Below are positions 1 through 12,355 of a DNA stretch of 64,000 bases, piece after piece. Position 1 is the stretch's first letter. Every line of letters begins with the position of its first letter. Where the stretch lies: the NCBI GenBank assembly GCA_024239035.1, contig JANBVK010000001.1, forward strand, positions 42,262 through 106,261, given 5' to 3'. Position numbers and translations under genes: made by a program. The notes below the pieces were generated by a model. The model did not search any database and was not told where the DNA came from. It was given only the letters and a program-made list of their open reading frames with translations. The stretch is from Patescibacteria group bacterium (GTDB lineage: Bacteria; Patescibacteriota; Minisyncoccia; UBA6257; GWB1-50-10).

Positions 1-55
1 TCTCATTTTATTTTTTGCTCGTCAGTGGCTTCCTGGCATAGGATCTACAATAGCG

Positions 56-421
56 GTGTCTTTTCCAATCATTGTTATAGCAGCTATAGGTTTTGCTGAG
101 CCAATTACAACGGGGACATCTGGAGTTGCACCCCACGCACACGCCCCTGGGTGGCTTATTATTCTTTCGTTATTACTTCCTGCACTCTTTTTGGATTTAA
201 AGAAATCCACAGGAGTTTTCTCCGCGGCACTGGCGGGTCTAATTTCAGGAGGAGTTCTGTATGGGTTTGCAACACTCTTTATTGATCCCGCTTTTCAGTA
301 TGGCGTTACAGAAGTTGTGACTGTCCTCATTGTAAGTTTCTTCGGTGGTTTGATAGCAGGGATACTTGTGAAAAGTGTTCTCAAGACTAAATTGTTTGGA
401 TCAGTTGAAAACTATACATAA
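56..421 (+). CDS. small hydrophobic membrane protein, hypothetical
   Basis: 121-aa ORF with several hydrophobic helices; no recognisable motif. Confidence 0.35.
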   Translation: MSFPIIVIAAIGFAEPITTGTSGVAPHAHAPGWLIILSLLLPALFLDLKKSTGVFSAALAGLISGGVLYGFATLFIDPAFQYGVTEVVTVLIVSFFGGLIAGILVKSVLKTKLFGSVENYT

Positions 422-525
422 AAAAATCCGTACTCTCTAAATCGAGCTTAGCCTGTATCCAGTTTATAGTTCTGAACATATCCTATAGGTTTATTTTAGA
501 ACTATAATAGTGTAGGATAAAAAGT

Positions 526-855
526 ATGAAAAAATTTGTATTTGTCTATTATGGCAAAATGAAACATGACGAGATGGACAAAGAAACCAGGAGTAAAATC
601 ATGAATAAATGGAAGGCTTGGTTTGGTTCATTCGGCGATAAGATAGTTGACGGCGGTAATCCGTTTGCTGATGGGGCCCAAGCAGTAACAGCAGGAGGCG
701 TAGACGCCATCCCAGAAGACAAGTGGCCCGCTAAAGGCTACACAATCATCAATGCCGAAGACATGAATGAAGCAACAGAAATCGCAAAAGGATGTCCGAC
801 ATTTGAAGATGATAGCGAAGGAGCTGTGCGCGTATATGAAGCTATGCCTATGTAA
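526..855 (+). CDS. YciI-like / dimeric alpha-beta barrel family protein (tentative)
   Basis: 109 aa; overall pattern (GYTIINAEDMNEATEIAKGCP ... VRVYE) resembles YciI-like small proteins; family recalled from memory. Confidence 0.4.
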   Translation: MKKFVFVYYGKMKHDEMDKETRSKIMNKWKAWFGSFGDKIVDGGNPFADGAQAVTAGGVDAIPEDKWPAKGYTIINAEDMNEATEIAKGCPTFEDDSEGAVRVYEAMPM

Positions 856-986
856 GCCAAGCGGTATATTAAAGTGAAAGTGTATGAAGCCCTGCGATAA
901 CATCAAGGGGCTTTTGTTTATATAACGGCGAGTAATTTTACCGGCCGAATGTGTTCTGTAGGGGGAGCAACTACTTAACATAATTA

Positions 987-1301
987 TTGCTTTGGTATAG
1001 AATATCATTAGCATTCTGGAGTAAACTTCCCTCAGAAATCATACTAAGAAAGGAGGCTCTTATGTCCGAGGTATCAGTCTTTCAATTCCTAGTTATTCTA
1101 TGTCTGGTAACTGGTTTCATCCGTACCTTAGTTTTTATTTTCCACCCCGCGAGTCCACACGATGACGTTGGTTTGACAGGCCCCGATATCTTTCTTTATT
1201 TTATCTTGGCAATATTGGGTGCTATATTCTGGCTTCCGGTCCGGACGTCTTACGGAATAGGTCGTTTTATCAAATTTTTACATGGTCTTCACCATGCATA
1301 A
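987..1301 (+). CDS. small membrane protein, hypothetical
   Basis: 104 aa, two predicted TM segments; hairpin plus T-run follows at about 1330-1370. Confidence 0.35.
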   Translation: MLWYRISLAFWSKLPSEIILRKEALMSEVSVFQFLVILCLVTGFIRTLVFIFHPASPHDDVGLTGPDIFLYFILAILGAIFWLPVRTSYGIGRFIKFLHGLHHA

Positions 1302-1423
1302 CTTGAGCTACAACCGCCCACGTGACACGGAAAAACCGTTGCTCATCACACAGGGCGGTTTTTTCTTTTTATGCCCCATCCCTCCAATTGCATTCAGTAT
1401 GAAGCGGGGTTATTGTTTTTTAT

Positions 1424-1867
1424 ATGAAAACAGGCATTGACCATATAGGCGTAACAACCGTTTTCTACTGCATAGACGGGAAGAGAAACTTTCTTTTTCA
1501 TAAGCGCAGCAAGAACTGTCGGGACGAACACGGGAAATGGGATTGTGGTGGTGGAAAATTAGAATTTGGTTCAACGTTGGAGGAGAATGTGTTGCGGGAA
1601 GTAATGGAGGAATATGGCTGCAAAGGAGAGATCCAAGAACAGCTGCCTGCCCATTCATCACTTAGAGAGTGGGATGGCGAGAAAATACATTGGGTTGCTA
1701 TTCCTTTTATAGTCAAAGTAAATCCCGATGAGGTAAGAAATAATGAACCAGAGAAGATTGATGAGATTAGCTGGTTTGGTTTAGATAATCTTCCGTCGCC
1801 GCTTCACCCTGCCGTGCAAGCTGAAATGGAGCGTTATAAAGAGCGGTTTAGGAAATATCTGAAATGA
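1424..1867 (+). CDS. NUDIX hydrolase
   Basis: Nudix box GGGKLEFGSTLEENVLREVMEEYG (GX5EX7REVXEEXG). Confidence 0.75.
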   Translation: MKTGIDHIGVTTVFYCIDGKRNFLFHKRSKNCRDEHGKWDCGGGKLEFGSTLEENVLREVMEEYGCKGEIQEQLPAHSSLREWDGEKIHWVAIPFIVKVNPDEVRNNEPEKIDEISWFGLDNLPSPLHPAVQAEMERYKERFRKYLK

Positions 1868-2496
1868 GCAAAAAGCAGAAGCGTGTCCTGTTATTTGACT
1901 TTGATGGTGTCATCGTAGATACCTTTGATTTGTGTTTGGGTATTAATAGAAAATTAGGCAGTTCGTCACTATCTGCTGACGACTATCGTAAGAGGTTCGA
2001 GGGAAACATCTATAAACATTTTGAAAAACAAAACATAGATATAGAACAAACTGATAATGCTTTCTTTAAACATTACAACCCTGAGCTATTACAATTTAAC
2101 CCCGTAGAAGGCATACAGGAAGTCATTAAAGAGCTTAGAAAACGATATACTCTCGTTATTATTTCTTCCACTATCAACAGTCCAATCCAAGCACATCTTG
2201 AGAAATATAACCTTGCGCAATATTTCGATAAAATATTCGGCAGTGATGTACATAGAAGTAAAATAGAGAAGATCAAAATGGTGTTTGAACAGTATAATGT
2301 TCAACCTAAAAACTGCATCTTCATCACCGATACACTAGGAGATATGCGAGAAGCAGAAGCCACAGGCGTGAGAGCGATTGGTGTAACATGGGGTTATCAT
2401 TCATTGGAAACGTTACAGAGAGGGAATCCTGTTGCTATCGTTCATAAGCCGGAGAATATTGTATCTGCGGTCAACGAGTATTTCACACACAACTAG
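1864..2496 (+). CDS. HAD-superfamily hydrolase (phosphatase)
   Basis: N-terminal LLFDFDGVIVDT (HAD motif I DxDG); ITDTLGDM region carries motif IV D; overlaps previous stop by 4 nt. Confidence 0.75.
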   Translation: MSKKQKRVLLFDFDGVIVDTFDLCLGINRKLGSSSLSADDYRKRFEGNIYKHFEKQNIDIEQTDNAFFKHYNPELLQFNPVEGIQEVIKELRKRYTLVIISSTINSPIQAHLEKYNLAQYFDKIFGSDVHRSKIEKIKMVFEQYNVQPKNCIFITDTLGDMREAEATGVRAIGVTWGYHSLETLQRGNPVAIVHKPENIVSAVNEYFTHN

Positions 2497-2571
2497 CTGT
2501 GAAACGGGTTCTAATATCGTCTAGTTGGGGGAGCCTTTTATTATTTGAAGTATCTTTGTTAGTATAATCTT

Positions 2572-2790
2572 ATGGAACAAGAAACAAACAATCACAACAA
2601 AACCCGTGCGGGGTGGTGTTGTGGCTGCAACACAAAAAGAGGTGCGCTCGGTTGGGGTATATTTTTCTTGATACTCGGAGGGTACTTTTTAGCCCAAGAG
2701 CTTGGTTATGTAAGCACAAGCGTTTCGGCATGGCCTGTCGTGCTTACAGCTTTTGGTATTTATCTCATTGTGAAAAACCTGGGAAAGTAA
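2572..2790 (+). CDS. small membrane protein, hypothetical; possibly leaderless
   Basis: 72 aa with 2 TM; TATAAT at 2562-2567 sits only 4 nt before the ATG. Confidence 0.35.
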   Translation: MEQETNNHNKTRAGWCCGCNTKRGALGWGIFFLILGGYFLAQELGYVSTSVSAWPVVLTAFGIYLIVKNLGK

Positions 2791-2802
2791 GTTATATTAT
2801 TT

Positions 2803-3975
2803 GTGGAGATACAGAAAATTTACATCGGGGCGTGGTTTCAGAGAACGCCTCTACACTTGTCGGAGATTTATGATTTCCTGACGGGCAAAGATTCCCCACT
2901 TGAACTCGATAAGAAAAAACTCAAGAAGTTACTGCAAGATCTTCAGATTCAGGAGCTTAAGCTGGTGCCGTCTGATCTCGATTATATCAATGTCTCAACT
3001 ACAAAGGGCATCAGTTTTAGAATATATGAGGATGGCTTAGTTCGGTTAGAAAAAGGGAACACAGAGTTGGCGCAGGATATCGAGCAACTTAGAAATTATT
3101 ACGAAAAAAAACTCTCGCCCGCGATAAGTTATCTTTTTATTTTGGGAGCACCCATACCGAAAGAACTCGCTAATATTAAGAACATTTATCCTTACTTCGT
3201 TGTGTTGCGAAATGCCGACAAGGAAGACATTTATAAAATAATTAAAGAGCACGGACAGAAAAAGCATTTTGAAATCCGCCAAAAGACATTTGAGGTGTAT
3301 CGAGGAGATAAGCTCTATATCATTAACAACCTTTCTGAAGATTTACTTTCGATTGAAAAGTTCATAGAGGAGAATATATTTATTCGCGAGTATAAAAGCC
3401 AACTTCACCGTTATTTAAACCTTCACAGAATTATTTGGGAGCGCATAGCGGACATTAAAGAAAAAGGAGAAATCAAGGGGCGAGACATTGGATTGTTTAA
3501 GAATAAGATGGAAGAGTATGACAAAACAATTAATTTGATTGATGCTCGTATTAACCAAATGGATACTTTTGTCTCGACGCGCAGCAGAGTGGTACAAGAT
3601 AACCCGTCCCTTAAGCCATTTCTTGAGATATTACAATTCAAGCACGAGACATTATCCGACACATTAAATTACATCAAGGATTTATGGAAAATGACACAAG
3701 AGTACGTCAAGTCCGCACTCAACATCTTCGCAGAGCTCCAAGCAAAAAGTACTGAGGGCGCAGTCAAGAACTTAACGGTAGTGACCTCGATGGGTGTCGG
3801 TGCGACACTGATCGGTCTCTTTACAAAGAAACTTCCCAGCTTAACATTCGATGGATTCGTTTACTTTCTTGTTGTTGCCGGGATCGGATATGCAGCTCAT
3901 AGGATAATAGCCCTTATTTACGCAAGGAAGAAATATTCTATTAAGGATATTAAAATCGCTAAAGATATTAAATAG
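2803..3975 (+). CDS. hypothetical protein, large soluble domain plus two C-terminal TM helices
   Basis: 390 aa; C-terminal TM1-loop-TM2 topology like CorA, but no GMN motif, so no transporter call is made. Confidence 0.5.
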   Translation: MEIQKIYIGAWFQRTPLHLSEIYDFLTGKDSPLELDKKKLKKLLQDLQIQELKLVPSDLDYINVSTTKGISFRIYEDGLVRLEKGNTELAQDIEQLRNYYEKKLSPAISYLFILGAPIPKELANIKNIYPYFVVLRNADKEDIYKIIKEHGQKKHFEIRQKTFEVYRGDKLYIINNLSEDLLSIEKFIEENIFIREYKSQLHRYLNLHRIIWERIADIKEKGEIKGRDIGLFKNKMEEYDKTINLIDARINQMDTFVSTRSRVVQDNPSLKPFLEILQFKHETLSDTLNYIKDLWKMTQEYVKSALNIFAELQAKSTEGAVKNLTVVTSMGVGATLIGLFTKKLPSLTFDGFVYFLVVAGIGYAAHRIIALIYARKKYSIKDIKIAKDIK

Positions 3976-4086
3976 GGTCGGTACTGGGATGAAATTCTAA
4001 TGGCGGGCGGTTTTCTTTATTGATAAAATAGCGTGTTTCGTTTAGAATGTTGGAGGTTCATCACACAACGCACATAGGAGGGGTTA

Positions 4087-4250
4087 TGCCGACTCTTGAA
4101 GAATTATGGCACGTAGTCGCAGAACCTTTGTTCAATGCGGCATTCGTGCTTCCTGTTATCTTCGTTATCTACCTTTTTATCACCATTATCTACGATTTTC
4201 TTATCTTCCTTGGTTTCATTTCAACCAAGAAAAAGAAAAGAAGTTCGTGA
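4087..4250 (+). CDS. small membrane protein, hypothetical
   Basis: RBS GGAGGGG 6 nt before ATG at 4087; hydrophobic stretch VLPVIFVIYLFITIIYDFLIFLGFI. Confidence 0.35.
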
Positions 4251-4610
4251 GGGAGGAAGAAAATGGTACATGAAGCATTAATGCGGGAACTCCCAAAGGA
4301 TCATGAAAGGGTGTCCGAAGACGGTATTTTCTACATTCGAGACAACAGTGGATCGTGGTCGGTTGTTGTTTTGGCTCCGGTCTTGGTTACTTGTGGAGGT
4401 GAAAATGGAAAGGGTAGAGCGACTCATCTCGCAAGGTGTTTCAATAATGTTTGGAATGAAGAAGTTGGAAAATAAACCGCCGGGTCATTATAAAATCCGC
4501 CAATAAAAAAGGGTCTGCTCTTTTGGCGGATTCTTTTTATATAAATAGCTTGTCCAGTGGGGGAGTAAACAAAAAACCGCTGCTGCGCTGTAACACGCGG
4601 CAACGGTAAT

Positions 4611-4850
4611 TTAGTTAAGGTTGGGTTGTTGTGGTCTGGGTAAAGAACATAGCGTGGATGGGTTAAGTGGCCACGGGGTAGGTAACTCACCCGGTGGCCC
4701 TGTAAGTTCAACAAGAACATCATCACGCGTGAACCCGATGACCAGATATATCTCCCCAAAAAAATCACCTTCTTTTACAACCATTACTTGTTGCCCACGA
4801 CGAAATCCAAACTTTGATTCTTCGCCTGTATCCTCAAAAGGATTGGTCAT
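4611..4850 (-). CDS. hypothetical small protein in GC-rich patch
   Basis: 79 aa; GAAAGG-like RBS before ATG; hairpin plus TTTTTT after stop at about 4560-4600. Confidence 0.35.
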   Translation of the reverse strand: MTNPFEDTGEESKFGFRRGQQVMVVKEGDFFGEIYLVIGFTRDDVLVELTGPPGELPTPWPLNPSTLCSLPRPQQPNLN

Positions 4851-5010
4851 AACAAACCTTTCTCATGTAGTGTTCTAAGAAAAATGTAGCAGAACTCTCT
4901 TTATTTGTCTATGAAATTGCTGTCAGAGAATTCCCCTCTAGCGACCCAGGTGTCTCAAATTCGCGAGTAGAAAAATCGTTCAAAAACCTTTACAATGTCT
5001 GAATAGTTTT

Positions 5011-5412
5011 ATGGAATTACAAGTCGGCGTAAAAGCACTGCTAAAAAATAAAGAAGGGAAGTATTTACTGCTTCGGCGGTCGCCGGAGAAGTACCCCGAG
5101 GTTGTCGGCAAGTGGGATATTGTCGGCGGGCGGATAGACCCCGGGTCGCATCTCTTAGAAAACTTAAAAAGAGAAATTAGAGAAGAAACCTCTCTTGAAT
5201 TGGAGGGAGAGCCGAAATTAATAGCCGCCCAGGACATTTTGCGCGTTTCCGGACGGCATGTAGTGCGATTGACCTACGTTGCCGACATTAACGGCGAACC
5301 GACGCTGGACGGGGACCATATGGAATTTAAGTGGTTTACAAAGGGTGAATTGGAAAATCTTGAGGACTTGGATGTATATTTTAAAGAGGTTTTAGATAGG
5401 GGATTGGTGTGA
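5011..5412 (+). CDS. NUDIX hydrolase
   Basis: GGRIDPGSHLLENLKREIREETSLELE Nudix box. Confidence 0.75.
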   Translation: MELQVGVKALLKNKEGKYLLLRRSPEKYPEVVGKWDIVGGRIDPGSHLLENLKREIREETSLELEGEPKLIAAQDILRVSGRHVVRLTYVADINGEPTLDGDHMEFKWFTKGELENLEDLDVYFKEVLDRGLV

Positions 5413-5426
5413 TAAAGTGGTAATGA

Positions 5427-6410
5427 ATGAACCAAGAATATAAAAAACTTAGAGTTGCGGTCTTAATGGGCGGGCCTTCAGAAGAGCACGAAGTGTCTTT
5501 GAAGAGCGGGGAGATGGTAGCAAATGTTCTGGATTCGGGTAAATACGAAATTAGAAAAGTTCTAATAAGCAAAGAGGGGGAGTGGGAAATTCTTCCTCAT
5601 CATTTGAAATCTTACGCCGACGTCGCTTTTATTGCTCTCCACGGGCCGTATGGCGAGGACGGTACCGTTCAGGACATGCTCGGCCAGGCGAACATTCCTT
5701 ACCACGGAACAGGTCCGCTTGAGAGCGCCTTAGCCATGAATAAATTTTTGTCTCTCCAACTTTTTCGGGACGCGGGGTTCGCCGTACCGCTTTCTTTCTT
5801 AATTACGGAGAAAGATTGGCAAAACGGACCTTCGGGCGTTTTGCGCCAGATTCAACACTATCTTGAGTTTCCATTCGTTGTTAAGCCGAATAATAACGGC
5901 TCAAGTTATGGGATAACCATCGTAAAGAATAAGAGCGATATCTCTCCGGCTTTTAATGAAGCGTTTAACGTTTCACAAGAGGTATTGATTCAAGAATACG
6001 TTGAAGGGAAAGAAGTTACCTGCGGCGTTTTGGACCATGGTTGGGCCGGCAGTGAGGTTGCTCTTCTCCCAACAGAAATCATTCCCAAGGTAAGCCACTT
6101 CTTTGACTACAAAGCTAAATATGACAAGGGTGGTTCAGATGAGGTTACTCCGCCCGAAGGAATGCCGGAACACACAATTCGTACCATTCAAAAAACCGCG
6201 CGGGAGATTCACAGGCTTGCGGGTTGTAAGGGAGTTTCTCGTGTTGATATGATTTTAAATAATCGCGGCCAACTTTTTATATTAGAAGTAAACACTCTCC
6301 CCGGACTTACGTCTGAAAGCTTACTGCCTAAAGCAGCTGAGGCAAGCGGGATTCCATTTACCACATTGCTTGACAGGTTAATTCATTCCGCGTTTCTTAA
6401 TTACTTCTAA
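5427..6410 (+). CDS. ddl: D-alanine--D-alanine ligase
   Basis: LRVAVLMGGPSEEHEVSLKSG ... ALHGPYGEDGTVQDMLGQANIPYHG; typical Ddl length and motifs. Confidence 0.9.
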   Translation: MNQEYKKLRVAVLMGGPSEEHEVSLKSGEMVANVLDSGKYEIRKVLISKEGEWEILPHHLKSYADVAFIALHGPYGEDGTVQDMLGQANIPYHGTGPLESALAMNKFLSLQLFRDAGFAVPLSFLITEKDWQNGPSGVLRQIQHYLEFPFVVKPNNNGSSYGITIVKNKSDISPAFNEAFNVSQEVLIQEYVEGKEVTCGVLDHGWAGSEVALLPTEIIPKVSHFFDYKAKYDKGGSDEVTPPEGMPEHTIRTIQKTAREIHRLAGCKGVSRVDMILNNRGQLFILEVNTLPGLTSESLLPKAAEASGIPFTTLLDRLIHSAFLNYF

Positions 6411-6411
6411 G

Positions 6412-7047
6412 ATGAGTTCCTTAGAAAAACTTATTAAAAGTTTAGTTGACGACGGCTATTTGAAAACACCGTCTATTATTGAAGCGTTCCAAAAAATTAA
6501 TAGGGTTGATTTCGTTCCTGAAGACCTGAAAGAGGTTGCCTATGAGAACAACCCGCTTCCTATCGGCTATGAGCAGACCATCTCACAACCGCTCACGGTT
6601 GCTTTTATGCTGGAGCTCTTGGAACCAAAGAAGGGAGAGAAAATTTTAGACATCGGAGCGGGGTCGGGTTGGCAAACGGCGCTTTTGGCGCACATCGTAG
6701 CAGACGGCGGGGGAAAGGTAATTGCTATTGAGCGCATTCCGGAATTAAAGACAATAGCAGAAGAAAACGTAGCCAAATATAATTTCCTGGAGAAGGATGT
6801 CGTCCAGATTATTCAAGGAGACGGATCTAAAGGACGTAAAGACAAAGCGCCGTATGACAAAATTATTGCGGCGGCCTCGGCAGACAAAATACCGTCCGCC
6901 TGGAAAGAGCAATTAAAAATTGGCGGTCGCATAGTCGCCCCGGTGGGTCAGAGCATTGTAATGATTGAAAAAACAGAACAGAATCAATTTGCTCAAAAAC
7001 AGTACTTTGGATTTAGCTTCGTGCCGCTTGTTAAGGGGAAAGTCTGA
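6412..7047 (+). CDS. pcm: protein-L-isoaspartate O-methyltransferase
   Basis: ILDIGAGSGWQTALLAHIV SAM-binding motif; QTISQP motif; 211 aa. Confidence 0.85.
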   Translation: MSSLEKLIKSLVDDGYLKTPSIIEAFQKINRVDFVPEDLKEVAYENNPLPIGYEQTISQPLTVAFMLELLEPKKGEKILDIGAGSGWQTALLAHIVADGGGKVIAIERIPELKTIAEENVAKYNFLEKDVVQIIQGDGSKGRKDKAPYDKIIAAASADKIPSAWKEQLKIGGRIVAPVGQSIVMIEKTEQNQFAQKQYFGFSFVPLVKGKV

Positions 7048-7183
7048 TAGAAACGGGAGTTTTTGGGGTTGACCCAGCGGGTGAAAATTTGACTAGGCAA
7101 AGGGCTAAAACTTTTGGATTTGAAAATAAAGAAGTCGCAACCCAAGGTTTGAATTACGACTTCAATATAACTACTTAATCATC

Positions 7184-7375
7184 CTACAGCAGAAGAACTA
7201 GCGCGATAACGACGAGTGCTAGAAGAATGACAAACCCGATATCGAACAGTTCCCAGTGTCGATCGAGAATAGGAACAATAATGGATAAATTCCTGATTCT
7301 CACAAGAAATTTAAACAGGAACAGTGCGATTGCGGCGATTACTCCGATAAGGAGCAATTTCAGTAGGATGGGCAT
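7184..7375 (-). CDS. small membrane protein, hypothetical
   Basis: 63 aa, two hydrophobic helices. Confidence 0.3.
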   Translation of the reverse strand: MPILLKLLLIGVIAAIALFLFKFLVRIRNLSIIVPILDRHWELFDIGFVILLALVVIALVLLL

Positions 7376-7535
7376 GAAACAGCTCCCTGAAAGGTCTAGA
7401 TAAAATCTTATTATAAAAATATATTTTTGTCGAACCTATATAACTGTGATATTACGCTAAAATTACTTGATTTTTAATAGAGAAAAACCCATTTTTTTGA
7501 TGTGAAAAGAGTCGTTTCCTTTACAAAAGGGCGGG

Positions 7536-7573
7536 GTCAATCCCCCACATAAGTACTTATGTGGGGGATTGAC
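7536..7573. promoter_or_regulatory. 38-bp perfect palindrome (gtcaatcccccacataagt|acttatgtgggggattgac) overlapping a TTGACA -35-like hexamer
   Basis: Read directly; same CCACATA..TATGTGG core as three other palindromes in this window. Confidence 0.5.
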
Positions 7574-7680
7574 AAATATTATCCTCTTGCTCTACACTTA
7601 TAGGGAATGAACATCAGAAGTGCATACCTCGGTGGACAGGGTTTTGATACCTAAGTGCTTTTGGGTGTCTTATAAATCTT

Positions 7681-7706
7681 ATCCGCCGGATCGGCGGATT
7701 TTTTGT
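7681..7706 (+). terminator. rho-independent terminator (8-bp stem atccgccg/cggcggat, loop gat, T-run)
   Basis: Perfect hairpin followed by TTTTTT, about 110 nt downstream of the palindrome and TTGACA. Confidence 0.6.
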
Positions 7707-7867
7707 TTGAAACGAAAGAACCTAATGCCATTTGAAAAATTAGGTGCAAAGTTGTTCAGTGTATGAGTATAGACAAACATTGAACTCATCTTACTTTGCA
7801 CAACGCCAATTTTGTTTTTGAACATGCGATTAGTTCTGCACAAAATCGGCATCAGTTTTTTGAGGTA

Positions 7868-10845
<2,978 letters not shown>

Positions 10846-10896
10846 ACCTCTAAGAACTGATAATGTAAGCGTTAATGAGTTAGTTGAGCTCTTACA

Positions 10897-11010
10897 TGCC
10901 GGTGTTTTATCTACGCGTGTCCCACCTCATTCCATTCCGAACTGAGAAGTGAAAACGTGTAGATCCGATGATACTGAGCCTTGAGCTTGGGACAGTAGGA
11001 TGTGCCGGCG
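10897..11010 (+). rRNA. rrf: 5S ribosomal RNA
   Basis: CCGAACTGAGAAGTGAAAACG core; helix I gccggtg/tgccggc; flanking processing stem gagctcttaca(10886)/tgtaagagct(11011). Confidence 0.8.
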
Positions 11011-11036
11011 TGTAAGAGCTTAACTTTTACACTCCT

Positions 11037-12317
11037 TTACCCTAACCGATCATTTTGGATAAATACCCAAAATCCCTTCAACCAAATTCTAAAAGCCCGC
11101 CAGATAGGCATAATTGAAATAAAATAATTCAACTCAACGAATCCCTTTAAAACCCAACCCAAAAATCCCGAAATTACAAACGGTCCAAACTTGGCAACCG
11201 CAAACTTCCCGCCAACCGGAATAATATAAGGATAAGTTTTGGGAATATATACGTACTGCTTAACAGACTTCACTAAACGGTTCTCTTTTTTTATCTCTTC
11301 AATAATGTTTTTAGCCACTACCTTCCCTTGGGTGATGGCCGCTCTGGCAACTTGCGGGACAGGTTGTTTAGTTTTCGGGTTATAAATACACGCAATATCC
11401 CCAATAGCATACATCCGGCCATAGATTTTCAAATCGGGACTCTCAGGCAAACATTCAAGGGCGCCGATTATCTCAACCCGCCCGCGCCCCTCACGTTTCA
11501 AGGGCAGCTTTTCCGTTAAAGATACTGCTCTCACTCCGCCGGCCCAAACCAAGACATCAAAAGGAATCGCCCTACCGCTTGCGAGGATCATTTTCTCGCC
11601 CGCAATCTTTTCAATAATTTCGTTATTAATAATCTTGACACCTAACCAGCGAAGCCGCCTACTTACTTTTTTAATAACTCGCGCGTCAAAGCCCGGAAGA
11701 ATCGCCGGCATCCCCTCAATAATAGTTACCTGAACCTCGCGGTTACCCTGCCCCTTATCCTGAAGATTATAAGTCCATTTCTTAATCTCACCGGCCAACT
11801 CCACCCCCGTTGACCCGCCGCCACCGACAACCACCCGCAAATCTTTTCTACTCTTTTTTGTATGGGACCAAATAGCATCACGAATGGCTATGGCTTCGTC
11901 AAAAGTTTTAAAACTAAAAGAGTTTTCTTTAAGTCCGGGAATATTGAAATAATTTGTCTCCGAACCCAGTGCCAAAACTAAATAATTAAACTGAACTTTA
12001 ACCTTCTTTAAATGAACAGCGCCCTGAGCCAGATCGATATGCATCACCTCGTCTTTTATAAATCTAACACCTCTCTTCTTTAAAAGTTCAGACAAGGAGT
12101 AAGTGACGAGCGATTTTAACTCCAGATAATCAGCCGTATTTTTTGAAGTAGTCGCAATTTCATAGAGAAGGGGAGTAAAAACGTGGTAGGTACACCGATC
12201 AATAAGCACCACTTCGTAATCGTGTCTTATGGGAAGTGCCTTAAGTTTTTTTGAAAGTATAAGGGCGGCCTGTAGTCCGCCAAAACCGCCGCCTAAGACG
12301 ACAATATTTTTCTTCAT
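11037..12317 (-). CDS. ndh: type II NADH dehydrogenase (NDH-2, FAD-dependent pyridine nucleotide-disulfide oxidoreductase)
   Basis: VVLGGGFGGLQAALIL FAD-binding GxGxxG; second GGGSTGVE NAD(P) motif; C-terminal membrane-anchor helices. Confidence 0.8.
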   Translation of the reverse strand: MKKNIVVLGGGFGGLQAALILSKKLKALPIRHDYEVVLIDRCTYHVFTPLLYEIATTSKNTADYLELKSLVTYSLSELLKKRGVRFIKDEVMHIDLAQGAVHLKKVKVQFNYLVLALGSETNYFNIPGLKENSFSFKTFDEAIAIRDAIWSHTKKSRKDLRVVVGGGGSTGVELAGEIKKWTYNLQDKGQGNREVQVTIIEGMPAILPGFDARVIKKVSRRLRWLGVKIINNEIIEKIAGEKMILASGRAIPFDVLVWAGGVRAVSLTEKLPLKREGRGRVEIIGALECLPESPDLKIYGRMYAIGDIACIYNPKTKQPVPQVARAAITQGKVVAKNIIEEIKKENRLVKSVKQYVYIPKTYPYIIPVGGKFAVAKFGPFVISGFLGWVLKGFVELNYFISIMPIWRAFRIWLKGFWVFIQNDRLG

Positions 12318-12355
12318 ATTTTCATTTAATTCGTGAATTCAAGTATAATTATTTT

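Noticed and set aside
2803-3975. CorA Mg2+ transporter call for the 390-aa protein
   Set aside because: The C-terminal two-TM topology is CorA-like, but the diagnostic GMN motif is absent (GVGAT instead). Left as hypothetical.
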